From: Alphaproteobacteria bacterium
Lineage (GTDB): Bacteria; Pseudomonadota; Alphaproteobacteria; UBA2966
DNA: 64,000 nucleotides
Reading direction: 5' to 3'
Assembly (NCBI GenBank): GCA_964291395.2
Contig: OZ219856.1
Coordinates: forward strand, 96,001-160,000
Within the stretch, counting starts at the first letter, position 1. Every line of letters begins with the position of its first letter. The notes beneath the pieces were generated by a model. The model made no database searches. It saw only the letters and a list, made by a program, of their open reading frames with translations, and had not been told where the DNA came from. Of this stretch, positions 40,883-53,185 are shown in pieces. The position numbers and the translations under genes were made by a program.

Positions 40883-42142
40883 CTAGCCGAACCGTGCGGC
40901 AATTGCCGAATAACTTTCGAGATGCTCGATCGGGCCGATCGCAGCCACCGCAGGCGCGGCACCGCTCACGATGCGGCTCGCAACCCGTGTCACCGCGGCG
41001 GCATCGACCGCGTCGATCTTTTCGACGATCTCCGGAATGGGGATCGGACGTCCGTAAATGAGGATCTGCCGACCCAGCTGTTCGCACCGCGACATCGAGC
41101 TTTCCAGGGCCATCTTCATTCCAGCCTTGTGCTGCGTCCGGGCGCGGGACAGTTCCTCTTCGTTGACGCCCTGGATGATTTCGTTGAGTTGATCGCAAAC
41201 CACGGGGACGAGTTCCCTGACCTCGGCCGGTCCCGTGCCCGCATAGACCCCGAACAAGCCGCAGTCCAGGTAGCTGGACGAAAACGAGAAGACCGAATAG
41301 GCGAGTCCCCGAACTTCGCGAACCTCCTGAAAGAGGCGGGACGACATGCCGCCGCCGAGGATCGTCGAGAGGATTTGCGCGGCATGGAAATCATCGTCGC
41401 CGAACGGCAACCCCTGAAATCCCAGGGTCAGATGCACCTGCTCCAGATCCCGCCGTTCGTGCCAGTCGCCGCCGGAAAACCGGCCCGCTTCACGCGACGT
41501 GCCGCTGCCTTCGGAGAGTTCGCCGAACCCCCGTTCCACGAGATCGACGAAGGCATCGTGGTCGACCTTGCCGCTCGCGGCCACAACCATGCCGGCTGCG
41601 CGGTAGTGCACGTCCATGTACCCCTGCAGCATGCGGCGGCCGAAGCCGCGGACGCGCTCGACGGTTCCGAGGATGGATCGGCCCAGCGGCTGGTCGGGGA
41701 ACGCAACTTCCTGGAGTCGATCGAAAATCAAATCGTCCGGCGTGTCCTGGGTCTGGCCGATCTCCTGGATGATGACCGCGCGCTCCCGCTCGAGTTCCTG
41801 ATCCTCGAAGGTCGAGTGCTGCAGGATGTCCGCAAGGATATCGACCGCGAGCGGCAGGTCGTCGGCGACGACGCGCGCGAGGTAGGCGGTCTGCTCCCGG
41901 GAGGTATAAGCGTTCAGATGGCCGCCGACCGCCTCGATCTCCTCGGCGATGCCCCGCGCCGTGCGGCGCCCCGTCCCCTTGAACGCCATGTGCTCGAGCA
42001 TGTGCGAGATGCCGTTGAGCTCCAATGCCTCGTTCCGGGCCCCGGTATCAACCCAGACGCCGACCGAAGTCGTTTCGACGCCCGCCATGCCGTCGGTCGC
42101 GATTCGCAGACCGTTGGGCAGCGTGGTTTCACAGACGCTCAC
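40883..42142 (-). CDS. M16 family metallopeptidase
   Basis: HMLEHMAFKG (HXXEH); NAYTSRE; GGGMSSRLFQEVRE. Confidence 0.96.
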   Translation of the reverse strand: MSVCETTLPNGLRIATDGMAGVETTSVGVWVDTGARNEALELNGISHMLEHMAFKGTGRRTARGIAEEIEAVGGHLNAYTSREQTAYLARVVADDLPLAVDILADILQHSTFEDQELERERAVIIQEIGQTQDTPDDLIFDRLQEVAFPDQPLGRSILGTVERVRGFGRRMLQGYMDVHYRAAGMVVAASGKVDHDAFVDLVERGFGELSEGSGTSREAGRFSGGDWHERRDLEQVHLTLGFQGLPFGDDDFHAAQILSTILGGGMSSRLFQEVREVRGLAYSVFSFSSSYLDCGLFGVYAGTGPAEVRELVPVVCDQLNEIIQGVNEEELSRARTQHKAGMKMALESSMSRCEQLGRQILIYGRPIPIPEIVEKIDAVDAAAVTRVASRIVSGAAPAVAAIGPIEHLESYSAIAARFG

Positions 42143-43557
42143 GTCGTTGCTCCCCGTGCCTGGCCCGCGGAAACACGTTTCCGAATGTAGTCCTGAACGG
42201 CACCTACGTCGTTGGGCAGTTCATCGAATCTCTCGATGCGATCATACAGATCGGAGAGACGGGCCGGCAACGCGGGCCGGACGCCGGTGGCCTTCTCAAC
42301 GGCATCGGGAAACTTGGCGGGATGCGCCGTCGCGAGCACGACGACCGGGCTCCGCCGGTCCCGGGGCAGGGCGCGTGCCGCCGCCATGCCCACGGCCGTG
42401 TGTGGGTCGATCAGGATGCCGTTCTCCCGCCATGTCGCGGCGATGGATGACAGGGTCTCATCCTCGCCGACGGCGCGGGCGCTGAACAAGCGGCGGAGTC
42501 CCGTATGGCATGTGTCCCCAACTCGAAACCCGCCGGAGGTGTCGAGCTGCGACATAAGCGCCGCGACTGCCGTGCCGTCGCGTCCCATTCCCTCGAAGAG
42601 CAGACGCTCGAAGTTGCTCGAGACCTGAATGTCCATGCTCGGACTCATCGTCGGATGTACGTCATCCTTCCGGTACTCCGCACTTTCGAAGAAGCGGGCG
42701 AGGATGTCGTTCCGGTTGGTTGCGACGACCAAGTCTGAGACCGGCAGGCCCATCCGATGTGCGGCGTAGCCCGCGTAGATATCGCCGAAATTCCCGGTGG
42801 GCACGACGAACGTGACGCCACGGTCGGGTGCCCCCAGCGCGACGGCTGCATGGAAGTAATAGGCGATCTGCGCCATGATCCGGGCCCAATTGATCGAGTT
42901 CACCGCCGTCAACCCGAAAGACTCGCGAAACGCCCGGTCGTTGAACATGGCCTTCACCGCGGCCTGGCAATCGTCGAACGTTCCCGCCAGAGCGATGTTG
43001 TGGATGTTCGGTTCGGTCACCGTCGTCATCTGCCGACGCTGCACCTCGCTGACGCGGTCCTTGGGGTGCAACACGAAGGCGTCCACGCGCTCTAGTCCCC
43101 GGCAGGCGTCGATGGCCGCCGATCCGGTGTCGCCGGAGGTCGCCCCCACGACGGTGATGTGCTCGCCCCTGAGCGTCCGGGAATGATCGAACAGGCGCCC
43201 GAGTAGTTGCAGGGCATAGTCCTTGAACGCCAGCGTCGGACCATGAAAGAGCTCCAGCAGCCAGCGGTCAGCCGACAACTGTCTCAGGGGCGCGACCGCG
43301 GCGTCATCGAAGCGGGTGTAAGCCTCCGAGATCATGCGCTCCAGATCCTCGGGCGGAATGGCGTCGCCGACGTAGGGGGCCGTGACTCGCCGAACGACAT
43401 CCGCGTATGGCAAGCCCGCGAGGTCACGGATCTCTTTTTCGCCAAGGCTGGGCCATTCGTCGGGCACATAAAGCCCGCCGTCGGGCGCGAGCCCGGCGAG
43501 CAACAGCTCATCGAAACTGACTGGTGGGGCCTCGCCCCGTGTACTGACGTAGCGCAC
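42139..43557 (-). CDS. thrC: Threonine synthase
   Basis: YVSTRG; ELFHGPTLAFKD; ATSGDTGSAA; VPTGNFG; TAHPAKF. Confidence 0.97.
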   Translation of the reverse strand: MRYVSTRGEAPPVSFDELLLAGLAPDGGLYVPDEWPSLGEKEIRDLAGLPYADVVRRVTAPYVGDAIPPEDLERMISEAYTRFDDAAVAPLRQLSADRWLLELFHGPTLAFKDYALQLLGRLFDHSRTLRGEHITVVGATSGDTGSAAIDACRGLERVDAFVLHPKDRVSEVQRRQMTTVTEPNIHNIALAGTFDDCQAAVKAMFNDRAFRESFGLTAVNSINWARIMAQIAYYFHAAVALGAPDRGVTFVVPTGNFGDIYAGYAAHRMGLPVSDLVVATNRNDILARFFESAEYRKDDVHPTMSPSMDIQVSSNFERLLFEGMGRDGTAVAALMSQLDTSGGFRVGDTCHTGLRRLFSARAVGEDETLSSIAATWRENGILIDPHTAVGMAAARALPRDRRSPVVVLATAHPAKFPDAVEKATGVRPALPARLSDLYDRIERFDELPNDVGAVQDYIRKRVSAGQARGATT

Positions 43558-43710
43558 GCACCGATGTCCCGAGGTCTCTGAAACGGCGGCGCAACCCTAG
43601 TGATGCCCGGCGGCAGGTGCAAGGTAAGGCCATTTCGCAAGTTTGCTCGAAGTCGGATGCATTGTCGCGCCCTGCTTGAAGCCGTCCTCGCGAACTGAAA
43701 CGGGGGCGAC

Positions 43711-45204
43711 CTACTCGAGATACCGCGTCCTCAGGTGGTCCTTGAAGCCGTCGACATCGAACGATCGCCCCGTGGCCTGCACGAGAATCTCCTGAGGCGT
43801 ATAACGCGAGCCGCATTCGTGGACGTTCGCTCGCAGCCACGAGAGCAGCGGTTCGAAATCACCCTTCTCGAGGCCCGGCACGACCTCTGCGTCCGCCTCA
43901 CGGGCAGCCGCGAACAACTGCGCTGCCGCGATGGCCCCCAGCGTATACGTCGGGAAGTATCCGAACCCGCCGCTGAACCAGTGAATGTCCTGCATGCAGC
44001 CGTCGCGGTCGTCGTTCGGTTGGACACCAAGGCAGTTCCGCATGCCCTCACGCCAGGCATCCGGAAGATCCGCGACTTTCAGGTCTCCGGCGATCAGGGC
44101 GCGTTCGAGATGGAAGCGCATGACGACGTGGGCGGGATAGGTGACCTCGTCCGCATCGACCCGGATGAGACCGGGCTGGACTCGCCGATAGACGCGTATG
44201 AGGTTGTCGGCCTGCCATTCGACCCCTTCGCCGCCGAACGTCTCACGGACCAGCCCCGCCAGGCAGCGGATAAAGGCATCGCTACGGCACGCCTGCATTT
44301 CGACGATCAAGGATTGGCTTTCGTGCATCGACATCCCGCGCGACGCGCCGACGGGCTGATGACGCCATTTCTCGGGCAAGCCCTTCTCGTAGAGCGCGTG
44401 TCCCGTCTCGTGCAGGATCGCCATCAGCCCGCTGGTGAAATCGTGCTCGTCGTAGCGGGTCGTCAGCCGCTGGTCTTCGCGAACGCCACCGGTGAACGGG
44501 TGATGGCTGGTGTCGAGGCGACCGTGGCCGAAGTCGAAGCCGAGACGGCGCATGAGCTTTTCTCCGAGACGCCGTTGCGCATCGACGGGAAATCGCCCCC
44601 GCGGTGGCGCGGCAGAGGGTTCGCCACGCTGCGACTCGACGACTTCGCCGATGAAACCGTTCAGGAAGTTCGACAATTCGTCGAAAATCGGCTCGACTTC
44701 GGCGGCCCTGGAGCCTGGGTCGTGGATGTCCAGCAACGCATCGTAGGGCGTGCAGCGGAGGGGCCCGCTCTTCGCTTCAGCCGATTCGCGCGTGAGCCGG
44801 ACGACCTGCTCCAGATAGGGCCGTACCGCTGCAAAGTCGTCATTGGCGCGCGCCTCCCGCCAGACGACCTCGCAAGTGGAACACGCCTGGCTGAGCGCCC
44901 GAACCAGTTCGGCAGGAACGGCATTGGCATGCAGCCAGCGCCGACGCATCTCGACCAGGTTGGCTCGTTGCCAGTCGTCGAGACCTTCGGCGTCACCTTC
45001 CGCCGCGTCGAGTAACTCGGCGAGACCGGCGTCGGTGAGTATCTCATGACAAACGAGCGCCAGCTCCGCCAACTGGTCGCTGCGGGCGGCGGCACCCCCC
45101 ATCGGCATCATGACGGCCGAATCCCAGTGCAGAACCGCCACGGCACCCCGCAGCACCGAGTGTCGCCGAAAGCGTGTCTCGAGTTCCTCGTAGGCCGTCG
45201 CCAT
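43711..45204 (-). CDS. Carboxypeptidase, M32 family
   Basis: HPF; HETGHALYE; HESQS; IRVDADE; DIHW; GYFPTY. Confidence 0.96.
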   Translation of the reverse strand: MATAYEELETRFRRHSVLRGAVAVLHWDSAVMMPMGGAAARSDQLAELALVCHEILTDAGLAELLDAAEGDAEGLDDWQRANLVEMRRRWLHANAVPAELVRALSQACSTCEVVWREARANDDFAAVRPYLEQVVRLTRESAEAKSGPLRCTPYDALLDIHDPGSRAAEVEPIFDELSNFLNGFIGEVVESQRGEPSAAPPRGRFPVDAQRRLGEKLMRRLGFDFGHGRLDTSHHPFTGGVREDQRLTTRYDEHDFTSGLMAILHETGHALYEKGLPEKWRHQPVGASRGMSMHESQSLIVEMQACRSDAFIRCLAGLVRETFGGEGVEWQADNLIRVYRRVQPGLIRVDADEVTYPAHVVMRFHLERALIAGDLKVADLPDAWREGMRNCLGVQPNDDRDGCMQDIHWFSGGFGYFPTYTLGAIAAAQLFAAAREADAEVVPGLEKGDFEPLLSWLRANVHECGSRYTPQEILVQATGRSFDVDGFKDHLRTRYLE

Positions 45205-45935
45205 CAGTGTTCCTTCGAATGGCGCTTGAGCTCTCTCACCGCAAACGCCAGGTAGATGATCACCAACGCGGCCGCCAGTGTGTACCAGGTGATCGCGTAC
45301 TCGAGATGGTCGTTGCGCAGCTTGGTTCGCGTCTGCCCCCCGACCGGATATCCGCCAGGAATGGGCAAGGCGTCGGCCTCGACGATGAACGGCGCGACGG
45401 TCGAACCCAGTATGTCCGCCATCTGTTCGATATCGACGTGGTGCCAGACGCCGGCCGTCGGATCGTTTTCGGGCGTGAACCAGCCGCGACGTTTCGAGTC
45501 CGTGCGTACGATGCCAGCGACGTCAACGACTCCCTCGATCTGCCCAGCGTGACGGCGTTGAGGTCTGATCAGCTCGTTCGGCACCCATCCCCGGTTGATC
45601 AGGATCACTTGAAATCCCGAGAGAGCCGGGCGAGGCATAAAGGGTGTCACCACATGAATGCCGGCCCGGCCCTTCGACGTGCGGGACAACAGATGAAACT
45701 CCTGATCATGCAAGTATTCCCCCCGCACCACGATGCGACGGAAATTCAGATCACCCACGGACTCGGGCATCTCATCGAGTGTAGCGACGGCGCGCGCCAG
45801 CCGCGCCTCGCGCTCCGCGATCAACGCAGCCTTCCACTTCAGGCGTTCGACCTGCCATGTCCCCAAGCCCGCGAGCAGCACGACTCCGGGCACCGCCACG
45901 ATTGTCGGCCACAGGAGAAGACGAAGGCGGGACAC
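45204..45935 (-). CDS. SURF1 family protein
   Basis: LGTWQVERLKWK; INRGWVP; NDHLEYAITWY. Confidence 0.95.
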   Translation of the reverse strand: MSRLRLLLWPTIVAVPGVVLLAGLGTWQVERLKWKAALIAEREARLARAVATLDEMPESVGDLNFRRIVVRGEYLHDQEFHLLSRTSKGRAGIHVVTPFMPRPALSGFQVILINRGWVPNELIRPQRRHAGQIEGVVDVAGIVRTDSKRRGWFTPENDPTAGVWHHVDIEQMADILGSTVAPFIVEADALPIPGGYPVGGQTRTKLRNDHLEYAITWYTLAAALVIIYLAFAVRELKRHSKEH

Positions 45936-45943
45936 CTCGGGGC

Positions 45944-46306
45944 TCAGAGCGCCGGAGGCCGCTCACCGGCCTGATAATGATGCCGGAGCGCTATCAGGAG
46001 CGACTTCGACACGCGCAGCAGGCCGAGCGAGGCGGCCAGGATCAGGGGAATCCAGACCACGAGATGCAGCCAGACAGGCGGCTCGTATCTGATTTCAATC
46101 AAGAGCGCCGCCGCAACGATGAGGAATCCGACGATGAGGATGACGAAAACCGCGGGACCGTCTCCTGCGTCATGGTCGCGCAAGTCCAGGCCGCAGTGAC
46201 CGCAGGCCTCGTTGACGTTCAGATATCCCGAGTAGAGCCTCCCCTCCCCGCAGCCGGGACAGCGGCAGCCGAGTCCGGCGCGGAAGGGGGAAACCCGTGG
46301 CCTCAC
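45944..46306 (-). CDS. DUF983 family protein
   Basis: CRCPGCGEGRLY...CGHCG...DAGDGPAVFVIL; GTG overlaps the cox3 stop. Confidence 0.88.
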   Translation of the reverse strand: MRPRVSPFRAGLGCRCPGCGEGRLYSGYLNVNEACGHCGLDLRDHDAGDGPAVFVILIVGFLIVAAALLIEIRYEPPVWLHLVVWIPLILAASLGLLRVSKSLLIALRHHYQAGERPPAL

Positions 46307-47157
46307 CCCTGAAGTGCTACGGCGTTCCAGCTCGCCCACCAGTAGACGAAGGTGAACAGGAACAGCCACACGACGTCGACGAAGTGCCAATACCAGGCCG
46401 CCGCCTCGAAGCCGAAGTGATGATCCGGCTTGAAGTGGCCCTTGTAGGCGCGAATCAGGCAAACCGTCAGGAAGCACGTCCCGATGATGACATGCGCACC
46501 GTGGAAGCCGGTCGCCATGAAGAACGTGGAACCGAAGATCCCGCCGTCCATGGTGAACGAGGCGTGTACATACTCGTAAGCCTGGACGCCCGTGAACGCG
46601 ACACCGAGGAGAATGGTAAGCCACAGGCCGAAGATCAGGTTGCGGCGGTCGCCTTCCTTGAGCGCGTGGTGCGCCCAGGTGACGGTGGTTCCCGAGGTCA
46701 GGAGGATGATGGTGTTGAGGAACGGCAGCGACCAGGGGTTGAACGGCGTCACGCTGGTCGGCGGCCACTGACCTCCGGTGTATTCGGCCCGGCCGATCAT
46801 CTCCATGCTGTTCTCGCTGCCGCCGGGGTAAAGCGAGGCATCGAAAAAGGCCCAGAACCAAGCGAGGAAGAACATCACTTCGGAGGCGATGAACAACACC
46901 ATGCCGTAACGCAATCCGATCTGGACGACCGGCGTGTGGTCGCCGCGAACCTCACCTTCGTCGACGACGTCCCGCCACCAACCGATCATGGTGTATACGA
47001 GGATCGCCGCGCCGATCACGAGCACCCACGGCGTCATATCGTGCATGTAAAAGATCAGGCCGAACGCCGTCACGAGGGCGCCGAAGGCCCCCACCGCGGG
47101 CCATGGACTCGGGTCCACGAGGTGGTAGCTATGTCCTCTTGCGTGAGTGTCAGCCAT
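46303..47157 (-). CDS. coxC: Cytochrome c oxidase subunit III
   Basis: HLVDPSPWP; FIASEVMFF; TGFHGAHV; WYWHFVDVVW. Confidence 0.97.
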   Translation of the reverse strand: MADTHARGHSYHLVDPSPWPAVGAFGALVTAFGLIFYMHDMTPWVLVIGAAILVYTMIGWWRDVVDEGEVRGDHTPVVQIGLRYGMVLFIASEVMFFLAWFWAFFDASLYPGGSENSMEMIGRAEYTGGQWPPTSVTPFNPWSLPFLNTIILLTSGTTVTWAHHALKEGDRRNLIFGLWLTILLGVAFTGVQAYEYVHASFTMDGGIFGSTFFMATGFHGAHVIIGTCFLTVCLIRAYKGHFKPDHHFGFEAAAWYWHFVDVVWLFLFTFVYWWASWNAVALQG

Positions 47158-47218
47158 CTTTCCTCTTCACTCCTGAGCGTTTGATTCGCTACTTGCCGGC
47201 AATCTATCTCATGCGCCG

Positions 47219-47830
47219 TCAGTTGACGGTTCCCCGGCCGGTTTCCAGTGCGGACGTCTGCCGAGGCTTCGGCGCCGCGGCATCATCGTCTTCCTCGTCC
47301 GTCTCGGCCTCGAAGAACGTGTAGGACAGCGTGATCGTCTTCACGTCGGACAGGTTGGGATCGTCCAGGATCGCCGGATCGATGAAGAACGACACCGGCA
47401 TTTCGGCGCGTTCCCCAGGTGCCAGAGCCTGACGTTCGAAGCAGAAGCAGTCGATCTTGTCGAAATACGGTCCCGCTTTGTGAGGCGTGACATTGAAGGT
47501 CGCGGTTCCGGTGATCGCATGCTCCGCCTCGTTACGCGCCTCATAAAACGCGAGCGTTTCCTCGCCGACCCGCACCACGACCTCGCGCTGCAGCGGGCGG
47601 AAGCGCCACGGCAATCCGCCGGACGCATCGGCGTTGAACCGAACGGTCACGAGCCGCTCACCCACGGGACCCGGCGCGGCAATCGCCGTCTGCGTGGTGC
47701 CACCGTACCCCGTTACCTGGCAGAACAGCTGGTAGAGCGGCACGGCCGCATAGGCCATGGCCGCCATGCCGGCAACCACACCCGCCAGCATCACGGCGGT
47801 TCGCCTGTTCCTCCGATTCGGTACCGTCAT
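47219..47830 (-). CDS. ctaG: Cytochrome c oxidase assembly protein Cox11/CtaG
   Basis: VPLYQLFCQVTGYGG; KIDCFCF; ITLSYTFF. Confidence 0.96.
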   Translation of the reverse strand: MTVPNRRNRRTAVMLAGVVAGMAAMAYAAVPLYQLFCQVTGYGGTTQTAIAAPGPVGERLVTVRFNADASGGLPWRFRPLQREVVVRVGEETLAFYEARNEAEHAITGTATFNVTPHKAGPYFDKIDCFCFERQALAPGERAEMPVSFFIDPAILDDPNLSDVKTITLSYTFFEAETDEEDDDAAAPKPRQTSALETGRGTVN

Positions 47831-47952
47831 CAGCCGCCCGTCTTCAGTTTGACAATTGTGAGAACGTAGAAGAGGACGACCAGACCGACGAGCACGGCAC
47901 CCAACAGCATGTTTCGGCCACGGCGGCGCTTATGTTCCTGGGATAGCGGCAT
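47830..47952 (-). CDS. Small membrane protein of the cox cluster (CoxF-like)
   Basis: Manual read MPLSQEHKRRRGRNMLLGAVLVGLVVLFYVLTIVKLKTGG*; coupled to ctaG. Confidence 0.8.
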   Translation of the reverse strand: MPLSQEHKRRRGRNMLLGAVLVGLVVLFYVLTIVKLKTGG

Positions 47953-47953
47953 G

Positions 47954-48859
47954 TCATCCTGACAAGCCCGTCGAGATGTCGATCACGAGCAAGGCGAAGA
48001 TCGAGAACAGGTAAATGATCGAAAATCCGAACAGGTGGCGCGCCGAACTTTCGTCCCGCGCGGTTCGCACCCTGATCGCACCCGCCAGGAACAGTGCGCC
48101 CAACGCCGCGGCTCCGGCGGCGTAAACCAGCCCCGCAAATCCGAGCGCCGCCGGGATCAGGCTCACCGGCACCAGGATCACGCTGTAAAGAAGGATCTGG
48201 CGGCGTGTCTCTTCGAGTCCGGCCACCACCGGCAGCATGGGGACGCCAGCTCGGGCGTATTCCCCCGACCGGTAGAGGGCCAGAGCCCAGAAGTGGGGCG
48301 GAGTCCAGACAAATATGATCGCGAACAAAACCATCGGCTCGACCGACATCTCGCCGGTCACCGCCACCCAGCCGATCAACGGCGGGAATGCGCCGGCCGC
48401 GCCGCCGATCACGATGTTCTGAGGCGTCCGACGCTTGAGCCAGATCGTATAGACGAACACGTAGAAAGCGATAGCGGCGGCAAGGACCGCGGCAGCCGGG
48501 ATATTGACCGCGAGGCCCATCAACGCCACCGACGCAACTGCCAATGTCACGCCGAAGCCCAGCGCGTCGCCTTTCGCAATCCGTCCCTGCGGTACAGGCC
48601 GCGCGCGGGTGCGTTGCATGACAGCGTCAATGTCCGCGTCGTACCACATGTTGATTGCTCCGGACGCACCGGCCCCGATGGCGATGCAGAGCACTGCGAT
48701 TCCGGCGAGCACAGGATGCAGTGTGCCGGGCGCTACCAGCAGTCCCACCAAGCCCGTGAACACGACGAGCGACATGACTCGAGGCTTCAACAGCGCCACG
48801 TAGTCGGAGGCGCCCGAATCGGCGATCTCCGGGCGAACGTATGCGCTGCTGATGGTCAT
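47954..48859 (-). CDS. ctaB: Protoheme IX farnesyltransferase (heme o synthase)
   Basis: [13 protein letters not shown]; DIDAVMQRT; [13 protein letters not shown]; WTPPHFWAL. Confidence 0.97.
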   Translation of the reverse strand: MTISSAYVRPEIADSGASDYVALLKPRVMSLVVFTGLVGLLVAPGTLHPVLAGIAVLCIAIGAGASGAINMWYDADIDAVMQRTRARPVPQGRIAKGDALGFGVTLAVASVALMGLAVNIPAAAVLAAAIAFYVFVYTIWLKRRTPQNIVIGGAAGAFPPLIGWVAVTGEMSVEPMVLFAIIFVWTPPHFWALALYRSGEYARAGVPMLPVVAGLEETRRQILLYSVILVPVSLIPAALGFAGLVYAAGAAALGALFLAGAIRVRTARDESSARHLFGFSIIYLFSIFALLVIDISTGLSG

Positions 48860-48888
48860 GGTCTGATCAGCCGATCACCCCGCGCCAG

Positions 48889-50514
<1,626 letters not shown>

Positions 50515-51357
50515 TTACTCGGCGCGTACACCGACGCTTGCCACCCGAGTCGGATCAGGATCCGTATTCCCGGCGAATTCCTCCTTCGCCTTCTCGACCC
50601 ATGCCGCGAACTCGTCCTTCGACACCGCCTTCACCATGATCGGCATGAACCCGTGGTTGGACCCGCACAATTCGGAGCATTGCCCGTAGTACGTGCCCTC
50701 CTTGTCGATGCGGAACCAGGTTTCGTTGAGACGTCCCGGAACCGCGTCCATCTTTACCCCAAACGCGGGCACGGCCCACGCGTGGATGACATCGTTGGCG
50801 GTCAAGAGCAGGCGTATCGTGGTATCGACCGGCAGGACTACAGCATTGTCCGTGGTCAACAGCCGGAGGTCGCCATCCTCGAGATCGGCGTCGTCCACCA
50901 TGATGGCATCGAAGGTCAGTTCGTCGTGATCGGGGTATTCATAGGTCCAGAAGAATTGATTGCCCGCGACCTTTAGGGTCATGTCCGCGTCCACGGCGCG
51001 GTCGGCATAATACATCAGCTTGAACGAGGGCACCGCGATCACGACCAGGATGATGATCGGGATTACCGTCCACAGGACCTCGATCGTCGTGTTGTGCGTC
51101 GTCCTGCTCGGTGTGGGGTTCGCTTTTGCGTTGAACTTGATGAAGACGTAGATCATCAGGGCCAGCACGAAAACGCTGATCAGAGTGATGACGATCAGCA
51201 GGAAATCGTGGAACCCGTCGACCCATTCCATGACGGGCGATGCTGCCGGCTGAAATCCCATCTGCCAAGGGGTGGGCTGCGCCGCGAGAGCAAGTCCACC
51301 ACTCGATACGGTTATGGCCGACGCCATCACCGTGGACAGCCACTTGAAGATTCTCAT
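50515..51357 (-). CDS. coxB: Cytochrome c oxidase subunit II
   Basis: DVIHAW; CuA motif GQCSELCGSNHGFM. Confidence 0.97.
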   Translation of the reverse strand: MRIFKWLSTVMASAITVSSGGLALAAQPTPWQMGFQPAASPVMEWVDGFHDFLLIVITLISVFVLALMIYVFIKFNAKANPTPSRTTHNTTIEVLWTVIPIIILVVIAVPSFKLMYYADRAVDADMTLKVAGNQFFWTYEYPDHDELTFDAIMVDDADLEDGDLRLLTTDNAVVLPVDTTIRLLLTANDVIHAWAVPAFGVKMDAVPGRLNETWFRIDKEGTYYGQCSELCGSNHGFMPIMVKAVSKDEFAAWVEKAKEEFAGNTDPDPTRVASVGVRAE

Positions 51358-51706
51358 AATGAATCACGTCTCCTCGTTGCCGGGGCCCGAGCGTCAATTT
51401 CCGCCGCATGGTCGAACGGACACCGACTTGGTTCGCGAAAACCTGGGACAATTACAGGTTCGGGCGGCCGACAATCCAGCCGCTTCCGTAACGCACCGAC
51501 CTGCCTGCCAACCAGCCTGCGAATTGGCCCGGAGAGTACACCAGAGAGAACGCCGATAACAAGACTGCGAAATCGACATGAATCCCGCAGGATTCAAAGG
51601 CTTGAGAGGTATGAATCGCGTCGCAACCGCACTATGTTTCCGAGTCCTCGGCAGAGGACTGCCCTCGCTGCCCAGAATGCCGTAACCATCAATCGGATGC
51701 CAGCAC

Positions 51707-53143
51707 ATGACCGAAGCTGCTCACGCAGAACGACTGTTCTTCGATCGCGCAAGTCTCGACAAGAACCGGGTCCAAACCATCGTCGACGACGCCCTGGCGG
51801 GTGCGGACGACGGCGAGCTCTTCCTTGAGTATCGCCAATCCGAGGGCTTCAGTTGGGATGACGGCAGATTGAAGGCCGCGAGCTTCGATACGAGTCAGGG
51901 TTTCGGCCTGCGGATGGTCTCGGACGAATCGACCGGCTACGCGCACGCTTCGGAACTCAGCGAAGACGCCTTGAAGCGGGCTGCGAGCTCCGCCGCCGCG
52001 GTACGCGCCGGCCATCAGGGTTCCCTGGCAGAAGCTCCCAGCGGCACCAACCAGCGCCTTTACGTCGAGGACGATCCCCTGGCCGCCCTCGACTTCGAAA
52101 CCAAGGTCAGGCTTCTGTCGGACATCGACAGCTACCTTCGGGACAAAGACGCCCGCGTCCGGCAGGTATCCTGCTCGCTCTCCGCCTCGTGGCAGGCCGT
52201 ACAGATCATCAGGGCGGGCGGACTTCAGATCGGCGACGTACGGCCGCTCGTCCGGCTCAACATCTCGACGGTCGTGGGCGAAGGGGGTCGCCAGGAGGCC
52301 GGGTCCCAGGGCACGGGGGGGCGGTCCCTTTACGATCGCTATATCGGTCCCGACGTCTGGCGCGCGGTGGCCGACGAATCGCTGCGCCAAGCGCTCGTCA
52401 ATCTGGAGTCGACTCCCGCGCCGGCAGGCGAGATGCCGGTGGTCCTGGGGCCGGGCTGGCCGGGCATCCTGCTGCACGAAGCTATCGGTCACGGCCTGGA
52501 GGGCGATTTCAACCGCAAGAAGACCAGTGCCTTCTCCGATCTGCTCGGCGAACGGGTGGCGTCGCCCGGGGTCACGGTGATCGACGACGGGTCTATTTCA
52601 GAACGCCGCGGATCGCTCACGGTCGACGACGAAGGGACGCCGACGGAAGCCACGGTTCTGATCGAGGACGGTATCCTCAAGGGCTATCTGCAGGACAGGC
52701 TCAATGCCCGTCTCATGGGGATGCGGCCGACCGGAAACGGCCGTCGGCAGGACTTTGCCCACTCGCCGATGCCGCGGATGACCAACACGTTCATGCTCGG
52801 CGGCGACCGTGACCCGGAAGAGATCCTGGCCTCGGTCGATCAGGGGCTGTACGCGGTCTCCTTCGGCGGTGGCCAAGTCGACATCACGAGTGGCAAGTTC
52901 GTGTTCACGTGCACCGAGGCCTACCGCATCGAGGACGGGAAGATAGGAGCCCCGGTCAAAGGGGCGACGTTGATCGGCCATGGGCCCGACGTGCTCACCA
53001 AGGTGTCGGCCGTCGGCAACGACATGAAGCTGGACCCGGGCGTCGGAGTGTGCGGCAAGAACGGGCAAGGCGTGCCTGTCGGCGTCGGTCAGCCGACGCT
53101 TCTCGTGGACAATCTGACGGTCGGCGGGACAGAGGCCGTTTAG
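51707..53143 (+). CDS. tldD: Metalloprotease TldD
   Basis: GILLHEAIGHGLEGDFNRK; DDEG; PRMTNT; CGKNGQ. Confidence 0.97.
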   Translation: MTEAAHAERLFFDRASLDKNRVQTIVDDALAGADDGELFLEYRQSEGFSWDDGRLKAASFDTSQGFGLRMVSDESTGYAHASELSEDALKRAASSAAAVRAGHQGSLAEAPSGTNQRLYVEDDPLAALDFETKVRLLSDIDSYLRDKDARVRQVSCSLSASWQAVQIIRAGGLQIGDVRPLVRLNISTVVGEGGRQEAGSQGTGGRSLYDRYIGPDVWRAVADESLRQALVNLESTPAPAGEMPVVLGPGWPGILLHEAIGHGLEGDFNRKKTSAFSDLLGERVASPGVTVIDDGSISERRGSLTVDDEGTPTEATVLIEDGILKGYLQDRLNARLMGMRPTGNGRRQDFAHSPMPRMTNTFMLGGDRDPEEILASVDQGLYAVSFGGGQVDITSGKFVFTCTEAYRIEDGKIGAPVKGATLIGHGPDVLTKVSAVGNDMKLDPGVGVCGKNGQGVPVGVGQPTLLVDNLTVGGTEAV

Positions 53144-53185
53144 GGGAGCGCCGGGGTCGGACCCCGGGCCCGGCCCCAATTCGCT